A stretch of 32,000 nt of DNA, taken from the NCBI GenBank assembly GCA_964543385.1, contig CAZIYE010000001.1, positions 639,274-671,273 on the forward strand. Reading direction: 5' to 3'. Numbering within the stretch: the stretch's first letter is position 1; the number at the start of each line of letters is the position of its first letter. Positions 16,463 through 24,065 of the stretch are shown one piece after another. The stretch is from an uncultured Candidatus Saccharibacteria bacterium. GTDB taxonomy: Bacteria; Patescibacteriota; UBA1384; XYA2-FULL-43-10; 1-14-0-10-43-13. The notes under the pieces were generated by a model. That model was given only the letters and a program-made list of their open reading frames with translations. It did not search any database and was not told the DNA's origin. The translations under genes were made by a program, and so were the position numbers.

Positions 16463-17155
16463 ATGGAAATAGCAGGGATACAAAAACTTACATTAGTAGA
16501 CTTTCCAGGTCATGTTGCGGCAACGGTTTTTACTAGAAGTTGTAATTTTCGCTGTGGTTTTTGTCATAATCCGGAGCTTGTCTTGCCAGCACAATATAAC
16601 GAGCTTCTGTCTGAGCAACAGATAGTTGATTTCATGATATCGCGCTTTGGCAAATTAAATGGAATATGTATCACCGGAGGAGAACCTACCCTCCAAAAGG
16701 ACTGTGATAAATTTATTTCCCATATGAGGGCTCTTGGCTTTGACGTGAAATTAGATACCAACGGCAGCAATCCCAAGATGCTTAAAAAAATTATCAAGGA
16801 TGGTGATGTAAATTACATTGCTATGGATATCAAAGGTCCTTATCAAAAATATAATGAGATTACCTCTTCAAATGACTCGTTGCTCACAGAAAAAGTAAAA
16901 GAGAGTATTGAACTCATAATGAATTCAGGAATAGATTATGAATTCCGCACCACTGTCTGCCATCCTCTCCATGAGGTGAATGATTTTAAAGAAGTGGGAG
17001 AGATGATCAAGGGTGCAAAACACTATTTTATACAACAATTTGTCAAGTCCAAATCAATCAATAGTGAGATGGACTACAAGCCACTTAAAGACTTTGAGGT
17101 TGAAGAAATAAAAAACATTATGACACAATATGTCAATGAAGTGTCTATTAGATAG
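16463..17155 (+). CDS. nrdG: Anaerobic RNR activating protein (radical SAM, 230 aa)
   Basis: CNFRCGFCHN cluster motif. MEIAGIQKLTLVDFPG is the usual NrdG N-terminus and AAGGA precedes it. The track's 16403 start runs through the hairpins. Confidence 0.9.
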   Translation: MEIAGIQKLTLVDFPGHVAATVFTRSCNFRCGFCHNPELVLPAQYNELLSEQQIVDFMISRFGKLNGICITGGEPTLQKDCDKFISHMRALGFDVKLDTNGSNPKMLKKIIKDGDVNYIAMDIKGPYQKYNEITSSNDSLLTEKVKESIELIMNSGIDYEFRTTVCHPLHEVNDFKEVGEMIKGAKHYFIQQFVKSKSINSEMDYKPLKDFEVEEIKNIMTQYVNEVSIR

Positions 17156-17167
17156 AAGAAGGGGTTT

Positions 17168-18103
17168 ATGTTTGAATCATTTGTAAAATCTATTATCATG
17201 AAATTTATTCCTGAAGGTCATCTTTTTGATGCGGTTAGTTTTTTTATTTACGATGTTATCAAAATTTCACTCCTGATGATTATTATCATTTTTATTGTCT
17301 CCATTGTCCGTACTTATTTACCACCAGCTAAAATAAAAAAAATTCTCTCGCACAAAAATTCAATTCTCGGTAATATCTCGGCAAGTTTTCTAGGCATCAT
17401 TACGCCATTTTGTACTTGTTCGGCTATTCCACTATTCCTTGGTTTTCTTGAAGCCGGAGTACCATTAGGCGTGACTTTTTCATTTTTAGTTGCCAGCCCG
17501 ATGATAAATGAGATCGCAATTGTACTATTGCTCGGAACTTTTGGCTGGAAGATTGCCCTTATTTATGTAGTTAGCGGACTCCTGATTGCAATTATTTCCG
17601 GCTTGATTATCGGCAAAATGAATGTCGAGAGTCTCATAAACGAAGATTTCGCGACCAGAAAAATTGCCGATCCAGTAGTTTACAAGAGTTTTAAGGACAG
17701 AGCTATCTATGGTAATGATTATGCATTTAGTATTTATAAGAAAGTGTTACCATATCTGCTGATCGGTATTGCTCTCGGTGCTTTTATGCATGGCTATGTG
17801 CCGGCAGATTTCTTATCAAAATATATAGGAGAAGGGAACTGGTTTGCGGTTCCGCTTGCAGTTTTATTTGGAGTACCACTTTACTCAAATGCAGCTGGAG
17901 TAATCCCGCTGATTTCTGTACTGACAGAAAAAGGTGTGGCAATCGGCACAAGTCTTGCCTTTATGATGGCAGTAGTCGGACTTTCGTTGCCAGAGTTCAT
18001 GATTTTAAAGAGGATAATGAAACCAAAACTAATAATTATTTTTGCCGCTACCGTTGCAACCGGAATTATTTTGACCGGATACCTGTTTAATGCAATCATC
18101 TAA
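17168..18103 (+). CDS. COG0701/DUF318 permease (ArsP-like, 311 aa)
   Basis: Polytopic membrane protein with the vicinal Cys motif TPFCTCSAIPLF, characteristic of this family. Starts 12 nt after nrdG. Confidence 0.7.
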   Translation: MFESFVKSIIMKFIPEGHLFDAVSFFIYDVIKISLLMIIIIFIVSIVRTYLPPAKIKKILSHKNSILGNISASFLGIITPFCTCSAIPLFLGFLEAGVPLGVTFSFLVASPMINEIAIVLLLGTFGWKIALIYVVSGLLIAIISGLIIGKMNVESLINEDFATRKIADPVVYKSFKDRAIYGNDYAFSIYKKVLPYLLIGIALGAFMHGYVPADFLSKYIGEGNWFAVPLAVLFGVPLYSNAAGVIPLISVLTEKGVAIGTSLAFMMAVVGLSLPEFMILKRIMKPKLIIIFAATVATGIILTGYLFNAII

Positions 18104-18109
18104 AAAGCG

Positions 18110-18154
18110 AAAAGGACGCGAGAGCCTATGAGGGCAGGTTGCGTCCTTTTGAAG
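18110..18154. terminator. Bidirectional terminator hairpin at the left edge of the GC-rich island
   Basis: aaaaggacgc ... gcgtcctttt with a 21-nt partly paired loop. T-runs on both strands. Confidence 0.7.
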
Positions 18155-18173
18155 AGGGGGTATCGTACGAGGA

Positions 18174-18518
18174 TTATTGCACGATACAGAAGGGGAGTTT
18201 GCCGATGTGAATCAGCCCATCGACCTCGGGGAGACCGGTGACTTTGTGATTACACCACCAGACATTCGAGATGGAGCTGGCGCTGGAAATCGTGATAGCA
18301 CCGACTTTTTCCACGATCTCCATCAGGTCGATTTCGGTCTCCATCGTGAAGATGGGCAGTTCGGTCAGCTTCGGGTTATTCGTGCAGCTGCCGCCGTGTG
18401 GGCAGTACACGATCTGGAGTGGCGTGGTCTCTTCGGCAAAGGTAGCCGATAAACCGGCGAGGGCTTCGCGAAGGGCATCCGCTGTGGGTTTGCCGCTGAG
18501 CAGGTATCTTTTCAGCAT
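18174..18518 (-). CDS. Hypothetical protein (114 aa), GC-rich codon usage
   Basis: AGGAG lies 6 nt before the ATG. The sequence is markedly GC-rich relative to its neighbours. No family recognised (contains CPHGGSC). Confidence 0.6.
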   Translation of the reverse strand: MLKRYLLSGKPTADALREALAGLSATFAEETTPLQIVYCPHGGSCTNNPKLTELPIFTMETEIDLMEIVEKVGAITISSASSISNVWWCNHKVTGLPEVDGLIHIGKLPFCIVQ

Positions 18519-18625
18519 AGTTTTCTCCTATTTCGGCAGTTGCCAAGATTGGCTTAACTGTTTATAACACAATATTATTAAATTGGCTACCATAATCCTT
18601 AATGAATAGTCGCCAGGAAGTGAAA

Positions 18626-18958
18626 TCACCGCCTGGCGAATGGAACAACATCGAGATCGATTACTTTCCATTGGGCAATCCAGTCATCCTCATCCTCTGC
18701 TGGGATTTGGGCCAATGCGAGCCATTCGCCAAATGGCTTATTGTTTTCGATCCGTCGGAGTAGGCGGTCGAAGTGGACACCCTTGATCTGCCTGACTGAG
18801 ACATAAAGCTCGATATATCCAAAGCCGATATAATAGTTCCAGATTGTTACATTAAATCGGCGCGTGTTACCTTTGGTGGTTTGGACTGTGATTTTGAGCT
18901 TTCTCTCAATGGGCGATTTTGGCAAACCAAGAGCATTAAGAATTTCTACTTCTCTCAT
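18626..18958 (-). CDS. Hypothetical protein (110 aa)
   Basis: AAGGGGG lies 6 nt before the ATG. Elevated G+C. No family recognised. Confidence 0.6.
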   Translation of the reverse strand: MREVEILNALGLPKSPIERKLKITVQTTKGNTRRFNVTIWNYYIGFGYIELYVSVRQIKGVHFDRLLRRIENNKPFGEWLALAQIPAEDEDDWIAQWKVIDLDVVPFARR

Positions 18959-19082
18959 GGTAGGCCCCCTTTAGATAGATAGTACATTTAAATATCTTCA
19001 ATTCATTATGCTTTATCCTAATTTTGCAATGAGATGGGAGATATGAAATAATTTTAGTGGCATTAAGTTAACAAGGATTCAT

Positions 19083-19529
19083 ATGACAGACAGGAAAATG
19101 GGCATCGGTTTAGGAGTGATGATTTTAAGCGATAGCAAAGTGTTGCTTGGCCAACGTCATATCGATCCCAGTAAGGCGGATTCAGAATTGCATGGCGAAG
19201 GAACCTGGACAATGCCAGGAGGCAAATTGGAATTCGGCGAAAGCTTTGAAGATGCCTGTATTCGTGAAACCAGTGAAGAAACAGGACTCATAATTAGAAA
19301 AGAAGACCTTAAACTGATTAGTCTGACCAATGATATTGTTCCGACAGCCCATTTTGTAACAGTAGGCTTCCTCTGCGAAATTTTTGAGGGCACGCCAAAA
19401 GTGATGGAGCCAGATGAGATTACTGATTGGAACTGGTTTGACCTAAACAACTTGCCTGCAAAAGTTTTCCCACCAAGCCAAAAAGTATTAGATAATTATA
19501 TCGCTGGCAAGATCTATAGGACTGAATAA
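19083..19529 (+). CDS. NUDIX hydrolase (MutT-like, 148 aa)
   Basis: Canonical Nudix box GGKLEFGESFEDACIRETSEETGL. AAGGA upstream of the ATG. Confidence 0.85.
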   Translation: MTDRKMGIGLGVMILSDSKVLLGQRHIDPSKADSELHGEGTWTMPGGKLEFGESFEDACIRETSEETGLIIRKEDLKLISLTNDIVPTAHFVTVGFLCEIFEGTPKVMEPDEITDWNWFDLNNLPAKVFPPSQKVLDNYIAGKIYRTE

Positions 19530-19534
19530 AAATA

Positions 19535-19572
19535 AAAGACCGGATCACACTGCAAGAGTGTGTCCGGTCATA
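19535..19572 (-). terminator. Terminator hairpin (T-run on the minus strand) between convergent genes
   Basis: gaccgga(t)cacac / gtgtgtccggtc stem. The minus-strand reading is followed by ttttatttttatt. Confidence 0.65.
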
Positions 19573-19635
19573 AGTAGTCCATTGGGCATTCGCCCAGATG
19601 AGAGTCGGTAACTGATTGACATGAGTCAATCTTGA

Positions 19636-19869
19636 TTAGACGTTTGCGGCCTCGTCGCTGTAGAGCTCCTCGAGACGGCGGACACGCTGCGCTTCGCGTT
19701 CGATTTGATCGAGACGGATGAACTCAAGCCAAGCACGGTCTTCGGCTTCGGTCATTGGTTCGTCGAATTCGTATTTATCGTCTTTCGCCGGAAAGTCGAT
19801 AAATACGTCGAAGTCAGAGAACCCAGGGGTGTCACTGTCATTTCCGAATCCATAACCATCGTATTGCAT
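19636..19869 (-). CDS. Small, strongly acidic hypothetical protein (77 aa)
   Basis: AAGGAG lies 6 nt before the ATG. 22 Asp/Glu versus 8 Lys/Arg by hand count. C/G-ending codons (gac, ttc, ctc, gcc). Confidence 0.6.
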   Translation of the reverse strand: MQYDGYGFGNDSDTPGFSDFDVFIDFPAKDDKYEFDEPMTEAEDRAWLEFIRLDQIEREAQRVRRLEELYSDEAANV

Positions 19870-19988
19870 GAGGGTCTCCTTACGGGATTTGGTATGATAA
19901 AATTACACTAAAGTGTAGAAAATAGCAATAAATTAGGGGCATTATGGAAAATAATATAGATAAGGCAAAAGATTATTTCTTTTAAACG

Positions 19989-20501
19989 ATGGAAGAAGCC
20001 AAGGATGATCCGTGGCATTTGGTTGGTCATGTTCCCGAAGCAGTTAAGTGGACAGAGAAAATTATTTCCAAATATCCCGCAGCCGATAGGGAAGTTGCTT
20101 TAATTTCTGTTTGGCTTCACGATTCAGCTCATTATGAAGGCGATTGGGAAGTTGATCATGCAGTCAAAAGCGAAAATAAGGCAAGAAAATTTCTTCAAGA
20201 ATTAGGTCCAACTAAAGATAAAATAGATAAGATATGTCACTGCATCCGAGCACATCGCTGCAGGGATGTTTTGCCGCAAACCATTGAGGCAAAAATAGTG
20301 GCTTGTGCTGATTCGGCTAGCCATATGACAGATATTCTCTATATAGATATGATAAAGAACGACAAGACACAATACGCACTCGAGAAATTAGAACGTGATT
20401 ACCGTGATCTTTCCGCTTTTCCTGACGTAAAAAATAACCTCGCTCCTGTTTATGAAGCCTGGAAAAGATTAATAATAAGTCTGGCTGATATCAATATCTA
20501 A
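19989..20501 (+). CDS. HD-domain phosphohydrolase (170 aa as annotated); a 13-codon in-frame upstream segment (19944-19982) ends in TAA
   Basis: H...HD motif (VWLHDSAHY), plus IRAHR and CADSASH. The only SD (AGGGG) precedes ATG 19944; MENNIDKAKDYFF-TAA-ACG-ATG is in the same frame. Confidence 0.75.
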   Translation: MEEAKDDPWHLVGHVPEAVKWTEKIISKYPAADREVALISVWLHDSAHYEGDWEVDHAVKSENKARKFLQELGPTKDKIDKICHCIRAHRCRDVLPQTIEAKIVACADSASHMTDILYIDMIKNDKTQYALEKLERDYRDLSAFPDVKNNLAPVYEAWKRLIISLADINI

Positions 20502-20558
20502 GAATTTTTGTTGGGGGGATGCCAACCCAACGGATTACCGGAGGGTTGGCGTGCGTGC

Positions 20559-20897
20559 TTAGCGCCATGTGAGAATGCTGCTTGATAACTCGCGGTATGA
20601 TTGTGCAGTGGTGTTTGTCGGTCTACCGCAGGTTATCACGATCTTTCCTTTGAAGGACTTAAAGATCGCAGTAATCGCTGCCGTGGCGGCAGGGTTGTCG
20701 CCAATCTCGCAGAGATGGGCGTTGAGGATGATGCGGTCGATCTGCTCATGATTCTCCTCGAGCAGATATAGCGCATCGATTGGGGAGGTGGCAGGCATCA
20801 ATTCCATGTTATTGCCTTGAATGCTCCGGTCGTCTCTGATTTCTGATTCATATTCCAGAACCAGAATGGCTTTGTTAGCTTTATTCTTTTCATTCAT
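20559..20897 (-). CDS. Hypothetical protein (112 aa), degenerate receiver (REC)-like
   Basis: AILVLEYESEIRD...ALYLLEENHEQIDRIILNAHL resembles a CheY-like fold, but the acidic pocket and phospho-acceptor Asp are not conserved. Elevated G+C. Confidence 0.5.
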   Translation of the reverse strand: MNEKNKANKAILVLEYESEIRDDRSIQGNNMELMPATSPIDALYLLEENHEQIDRIILNAHLCEIGDNPAATAAITAIFKSFKGKIVITCGRPTNTTAQSYRELSSSILTWR

Positions 20898-21090
20898 CAG
20901 ATGGGGGTTCCTTTCAAATGTGATTCTGCTAACTAGTCGTAGTTTATAAAATCAGATCGATTCAGAGTAGGTAGAAAAACACAAAAATATAGCCAATTTA
21001 GTAATTTTTTGTAATTTTTCATAAAATAAATATTTTATCGTAATCTCAGTCATTTTTGATCGGTTCTTACTTTTAGGATAGTATTATTAC

Positions 21091-21657
21091 ATGACTTACA
21101 AAACACATAAAACGGTAGCGCTTTTGGCATCATCGGTGTTATTTATCCATGTACATAAAATTGAACTAACTGTCCCAATGATTCTATTGCTAGCTATAAT
21201 AACGGTCTTGGGATCTAGCGTCCCAGATCTAGATACGCCATCTGGCAAAGTTTGGAGTAAAATTCCAGCGGGATCTCTTATCGGCCGCATAATAAACCCT
21301 ATCTTTATAGGTGGGCATCGTCATCTTTCTCACTCAATATTGGGTTTTGGCATTTTTATTGCTCTGTTTGGCCTATTAATAAAACTATTACCTCAATATC
21401 CTATGCTTAGTAATCTACACTCCGCTGATTTAATGCTAGCTTTTTCGGCTGGCTATCTTTCTCATATATTTGCTGACTTGTTTACTGAAGCTGGCGTACC
21501 TCTACTCTTTCCAATGGGTTATCACTTTGGTATTCCACCGGATCCTTTTAAAAGAGTTAGAATAAAAACAGGCAGGTGGTTTGAAAACTTAGTTATTTAT
21601 CCTGCTGTAAATATTGCATTGATTGTGATAATTTATGACTATCTTAAAAATAGGTAG
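21091..21657 (+). CDS. Membrane-bound metal-dependent hydrolase (DUF457/YdjM-like, 188 aa)
   Basis: HRHLSHSILG and SHIFADLFT motifs with multiple TM segments. Promoter-like TTGATC-N17-TAGTAT upstream. Confidence 0.65.
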   Translation: MTYKTHKTVALLASSVLFIHVHKIELTVPMILLLAIITVLGSSVPDLDTPSGKVWSKIPAGSLIGRIINPIFIGGHRHLSHSILGFGIFIALFGLLIKLLPQYPMLSNLHSADLMLAFSAGYLSHIFADLFTEAGVPLLFPMGYHFGIPPDPFKRVRIKTGRWFENLVIYPAVNIALIVIIYDYLKNR

Positions 21658-21663
21658 GTAAAT

Positions 21664-22407
21664 ATGATTTGGCTATATTCAATTGTTAGCGTTTGTATTG
21701 TTTCTTCCGTTTCTCTGATAGGGATTTTTGCATTAGTCTTAAACCAAAAATTTTTAAATAAAATACTACTTTTTTTGGTTGCTTTCTCTGCAGGAGGCTT
21801 ACTTGGAGACGCCTTTATTCATCTTTTGCCAGAGAGTATAGAGAAAAGTGGTCTAAACCTTTTTGTTGCCCTATCGGTTCTCTCCGGTATTATCATCTTC
21901 TTCATACTAGAAAAATTTTTGCGTTGGCGGCATTGTCATGATGTGAGCTGTAATGGCCATGCGCATCATCTTGGTACTATCAATCTTATTAGTGACGGGG
22001 TGCACAATTTTATTGATGGTTTATTGATAGGGGCAAGCTTTATGGTTTCAATTCCGCTTGGCGTTACTACAACTCTAGCTGTGGTTTTGCATGAAATACC
22101 ACAGGAACTTGGTAATTTTAGCGTGTTATTGCATTCAGGCTATACCATAAAGAAGGCACTATTTTACAATTTTGTTTCGGCACTTACTGCTATTGTTGGT
22201 GTTGTCATTGTTCTTCTGGTAGGGGAAAGAGTGATGGCATTTAGCGATTTTATGATTCCTTTCACAGTCGGTACATTTATGTATATCTCCCTTTCGGATC
22301 TTATTCCTGAATTGCACAAGGAGATGGGGCGGAAGAAGTCGCTTTTGCAATTAGCGTCATTCGTTTTAGGTATCGGGTTGATGGCGGCTCTCTTGCTCAA
22401 CGAATAG
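21664..22407 (+). CDS. ZIP-family divalent metal transporter (247 aa)
   Basis: HNFIDGLLIGASF and LHEIPQELGNFSVLL signature helices. His-rich loop HCHDVSCNGHAHH. Confidence 0.85.
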   Translation: MIWLYSIVSVCIVSSVSLIGIFALVLNQKFLNKILLFLVAFSAGGLLGDAFIHLLPESIEKSGLNLFVALSVLSGIIIFFILEKFLRWRHCHDVSCNGHAHHLGTINLISDGVHNFIDGLLIGASFMVSIPLGVTTTLAVVLHEIPQELGNFSVLLHSGYTIKKALFYNFVSALTAIVGVVIVLLVGERVMAFSDFMIPFTVGTFMYISLSDLIPELHKEMGRKKSLLQLASFVLGIGLMAALLLNE

Positions 22408-22577
22408 TAAAAATATTGTAGATTTTTTAAAAAAAAGAGTGTAGAGTTAGAGCTGCAAGAGTGGTCGACCTTGCAGATTATATGACATAATTTGGATAGA
22501 TTTAAATTAGGGTGCGTTCTGGTTCATGCTAATTTGCTAAAATTTGGCTTTTGCGACTAATTTAATCTAAAGAAAAA

Positions 22578-22892
22578 ATGGATCAAGATAACAAGCATGA
22601 GGACTTTGCACCTGCAAAGCCCAATCAAAAGCTTTTCATTGGCGGGTTAGCATGGGCTGCAACCGATGAGGATCTAAAGAAGGCTTTCGAACCTTTTGGT
22701 GAGGTTGTAGCTGCTTCTGTTGTTCGATATCCCGATACTGGCCGTTCCAAAGGCTTCGCTTTTGTTGAGTATGCTACCGTTGAGGAAGCAGTCAAAGCAA
22801 AAGAGGAGATGGACGGTAAGGAAATCGCGGAGCGAGCAATCAAAGTTGACTTTGCCCGACCACGTGAGGAACGAAAAGACGACCGCTTCTAA
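22578..22892 (+). CDS. RRM-domain RNA-binding protein (104 aa)
   Basis: RNP2 KLFIGGL and RNP1 KGFAFVEY. Confidence 0.9.
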   Translation: MDQDNKHEDFAPAKPNQKLFIGGLAWAATDEDLKKAFEPFGEVVAASVVRYPDTGRSKGFAFVEYATVEEAVKAKEEMDGKEIAERAIKVDFARPREERKDDRF

Positions 22893-22908
22893 ACGGTTCG
22901 TAGCACAT

Positions 22909-22945
22909 AAAAAATACCCCCATATTTATATGGGGGTATTTTTGT
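22909..22945. terminator. Terminator hairpin that also has the shape of a CsoR-type site (ATACCCCC...GGGGGTAT)
   Basis: Perfect 14-bp stem aaaatacccccata / tatgggggtatttt with loop ttta. Confidence 0.8.
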
Positions 22946-22978
22946 TATCCCCAAAGAACCTAGTTATCCGCAGTTGAA

Positions 22979-22999
22979 ATATACCGGAGGGGGGTATAT
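22979..22999. promoter_or_regulatory. CsoR/RcnR-type operator ATATACC-GGAGGGG-GGTATAT
   Basis: A 7-bp perfect inverted repeat flanks a G-tract, about 70 nt upstream of the CsoR-like gene. Related half-sites GGGGTATAA (23012) and TTATCCCC (23038, 22945). Confidence 0.6.
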
Positions 23000-23069
23000 T
23001 GTGGATAGCGAGGGGTATAACTGTGGAGAGTATAAATTATCCCCAATCCAATTTATTATCCTTATCAAC

Positions 23070-23330
23070 ATGGAGACTATGAAATATCAATCAATCTATA
23101 ACAGGCTTAGACGTATAGAGGGTCAGGTGCGTGGTGTGGAGGAAATGATAACTAAGGACAGTGCAGAGAAAGAAATTCTAATCCAACTAGAGGCGTTGAA
23201 GTCATCACTTTCCTCAACTATCAGTTCTTTTCTGGCCGAGATAATTAACAAGAAGCGATTGGACGATGGTTCTTTTGCAGTTGACGAAGACTGGATCAAG
23301 TCTATACTGAGATTCTTGAAGAAGAATTAA
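23070..23330 (+). CDS. CsoR/RcnR/FrmR-family (DUF156) regulator lacking all Cys and His (86 aa)
   Basis: LRRIEGQVRGVEEMI...ILIQLEALKSSL is the family signature. Start set at Met33 of the track ORF; the upstream part covers the operator and promoter region. Confidence 0.7.
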   Translation: METMKYQSIYNRLRRIEGQVRGVEEMITKDSAEKEILIQLEALKSSLSSTISSFLAEIINKKRLDDGSFAVDEDWIKSILRFLKKN

Positions 23331-23345
23331 AAGCTCACAGTTTTT

Positions 23346-23393
23346 AAAGACAATAAAATACCTCCCGAAATCGGGAGGTATTTTATTGTCTTT
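23346..23393. terminator. Bidirectional terminator, ~22-bp perfect stem
   Basis: aaagacaataaaatacctcccga / tcgggaggtattttattgtcttt. Confidence 0.9.
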
Positions 23394-23403
23394 ATTTTAA
23401 GTA

Positions 23404-23559
23404 TTAAGCATTAATCATAATTGCGCCGTAGATAGTACCGATAGTAATAGAGAGTATACCGACTACTGCAATTGCTACTGCCTCATAATGTTTGAGGTCG
23501 TGAATGTCAACATTCTCACTACCGATTCTTACTACGTCTTTGTGAAGTTTTTTTTCCAT
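23404..23559 (-). CDS. Small tail-anchored membrane protein (51 aa)
   Basis: The track ORF starts inside the -35 hexamer of its own promoter, so internal Met32 is used. C-terminal TM AVAIAVVGILSITIGTIYGAIMI. Confidence 0.45.
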   Translation of the reverse strand: MEKKLHKDVVRIGSENVDIHDLKHYEAVAIAVVGILSITIGTIYGAIMINA

Positions 23560-23623
23560 TTTTGTAGTCTCTTTTGTAAGAGACCCTCCATTTATTTTTT
23601 CCGCTAAATTGGGAAATTGAATA

Positions 23624-23652
23624 AGTATATCAATAATGCAACATTTTGTCAA
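23624..23652 (-). promoter_or_regulatory. Promoter TTGACA-N17-TATACT (copy of the 27187 promoter module)
   Basis: About 45 nt are near-identical to 27183-27225 (actattgacaaaatgttgYattattgatatacttattYaattt). Confidence 0.7.
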
Positions 23653-23757
23653 TAGTTTAAGTCTAAATGACGTGTTTTAATAAAATGTTTGATCTTCAAT
23701 CATTTTTTATTTATAATCTGTAATAGTTAAAACGACATTAATTAAAAAAGGAAGAAA

Positions 23758-23991
23758 ATGGCAAGTGAAGAAAAAGCCAAAAAGGCTGTTAAGGTTGATC
23801 ATGATGTCTGCATTGGATGTGCAACATGCGAAGGCATCGCCCCTGACTATTTCAAGATTGAAGATGGCCTAGCCCATGTCGTCAAGAATTATTCAGAAGA
23901 AGATAATGATCTTATAGAAGAGGCAATCAATAATTGTCCTGTTCAGGCTATATCTATTTCTGACGCTGAAGAAGAAGCAGCAGAGAAATAA
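23758..23991 (+). CDS. Small single-cluster ferredoxin (77 aa)
   Basis: CIGCATCEGIAP ... NNCPVQAI: CxxCxxC...CP pattern, with an acidic C-terminal tail. Confidence 0.85.
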   Translation: MASEEKAKKAVKVDHDVCIGCATCEGIAPDYFKIEDGLAHVVKNYSEEDNDLIEEAINNCPVQAISISDAEEEAAEK

Positions 23992-24018
23992 ATACTTAAT
24001 ACTAAAAGATACTCATAT

Positions 24019-24052
24019 AAAAAATCACCCTAATAACCGAGGGTGATTTTTT
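24019..24052. terminator. Bidirectional terminator
   Basis: aaaaatcaccc / gggtgattttt stem between convergent genes. Confidence 0.85.
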
Positions 24053-24065
24053 ATATTTATGTAGA

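Noticed and set aside
18177-18567. Plus-strand track ORFs 18177-18452 and 18271-18567
   Set aside because: They are antisense to the SD-preceded minus-strand ORF in a GC-rich stretch. Their low-complexity Arg/Gly/Ala-rich translations are typical of shadow ORFs, and they lack an SD.
20521-20550. Hairpin gccaaccc/gggttggc between the HD and REC-like genes as a terminator
   Set aside because: Neither strand has a T-run after the stem, so I did not annotate it as an intrinsic terminator.
22974-23069. Track start (TTG 22974) of the CsoR-like ORF
   Set aside because: The extension runs through the operator palindrome and promoter-like region, and it adds a Gly/Tyr-rich segment foreign to the family. 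Internal Met33 gives the normal ~86-aa size.
23560-23652. Track start of ORF 23404-23652 (MTKCCIIDILI...)
   Set aside because: The start codon lies inside the -35 hexamer of the conserved promoter. The same peptide, LTKCCIIDILI, appears in the spurious ORF 27022-27222 simply because the promoter is duplicated.
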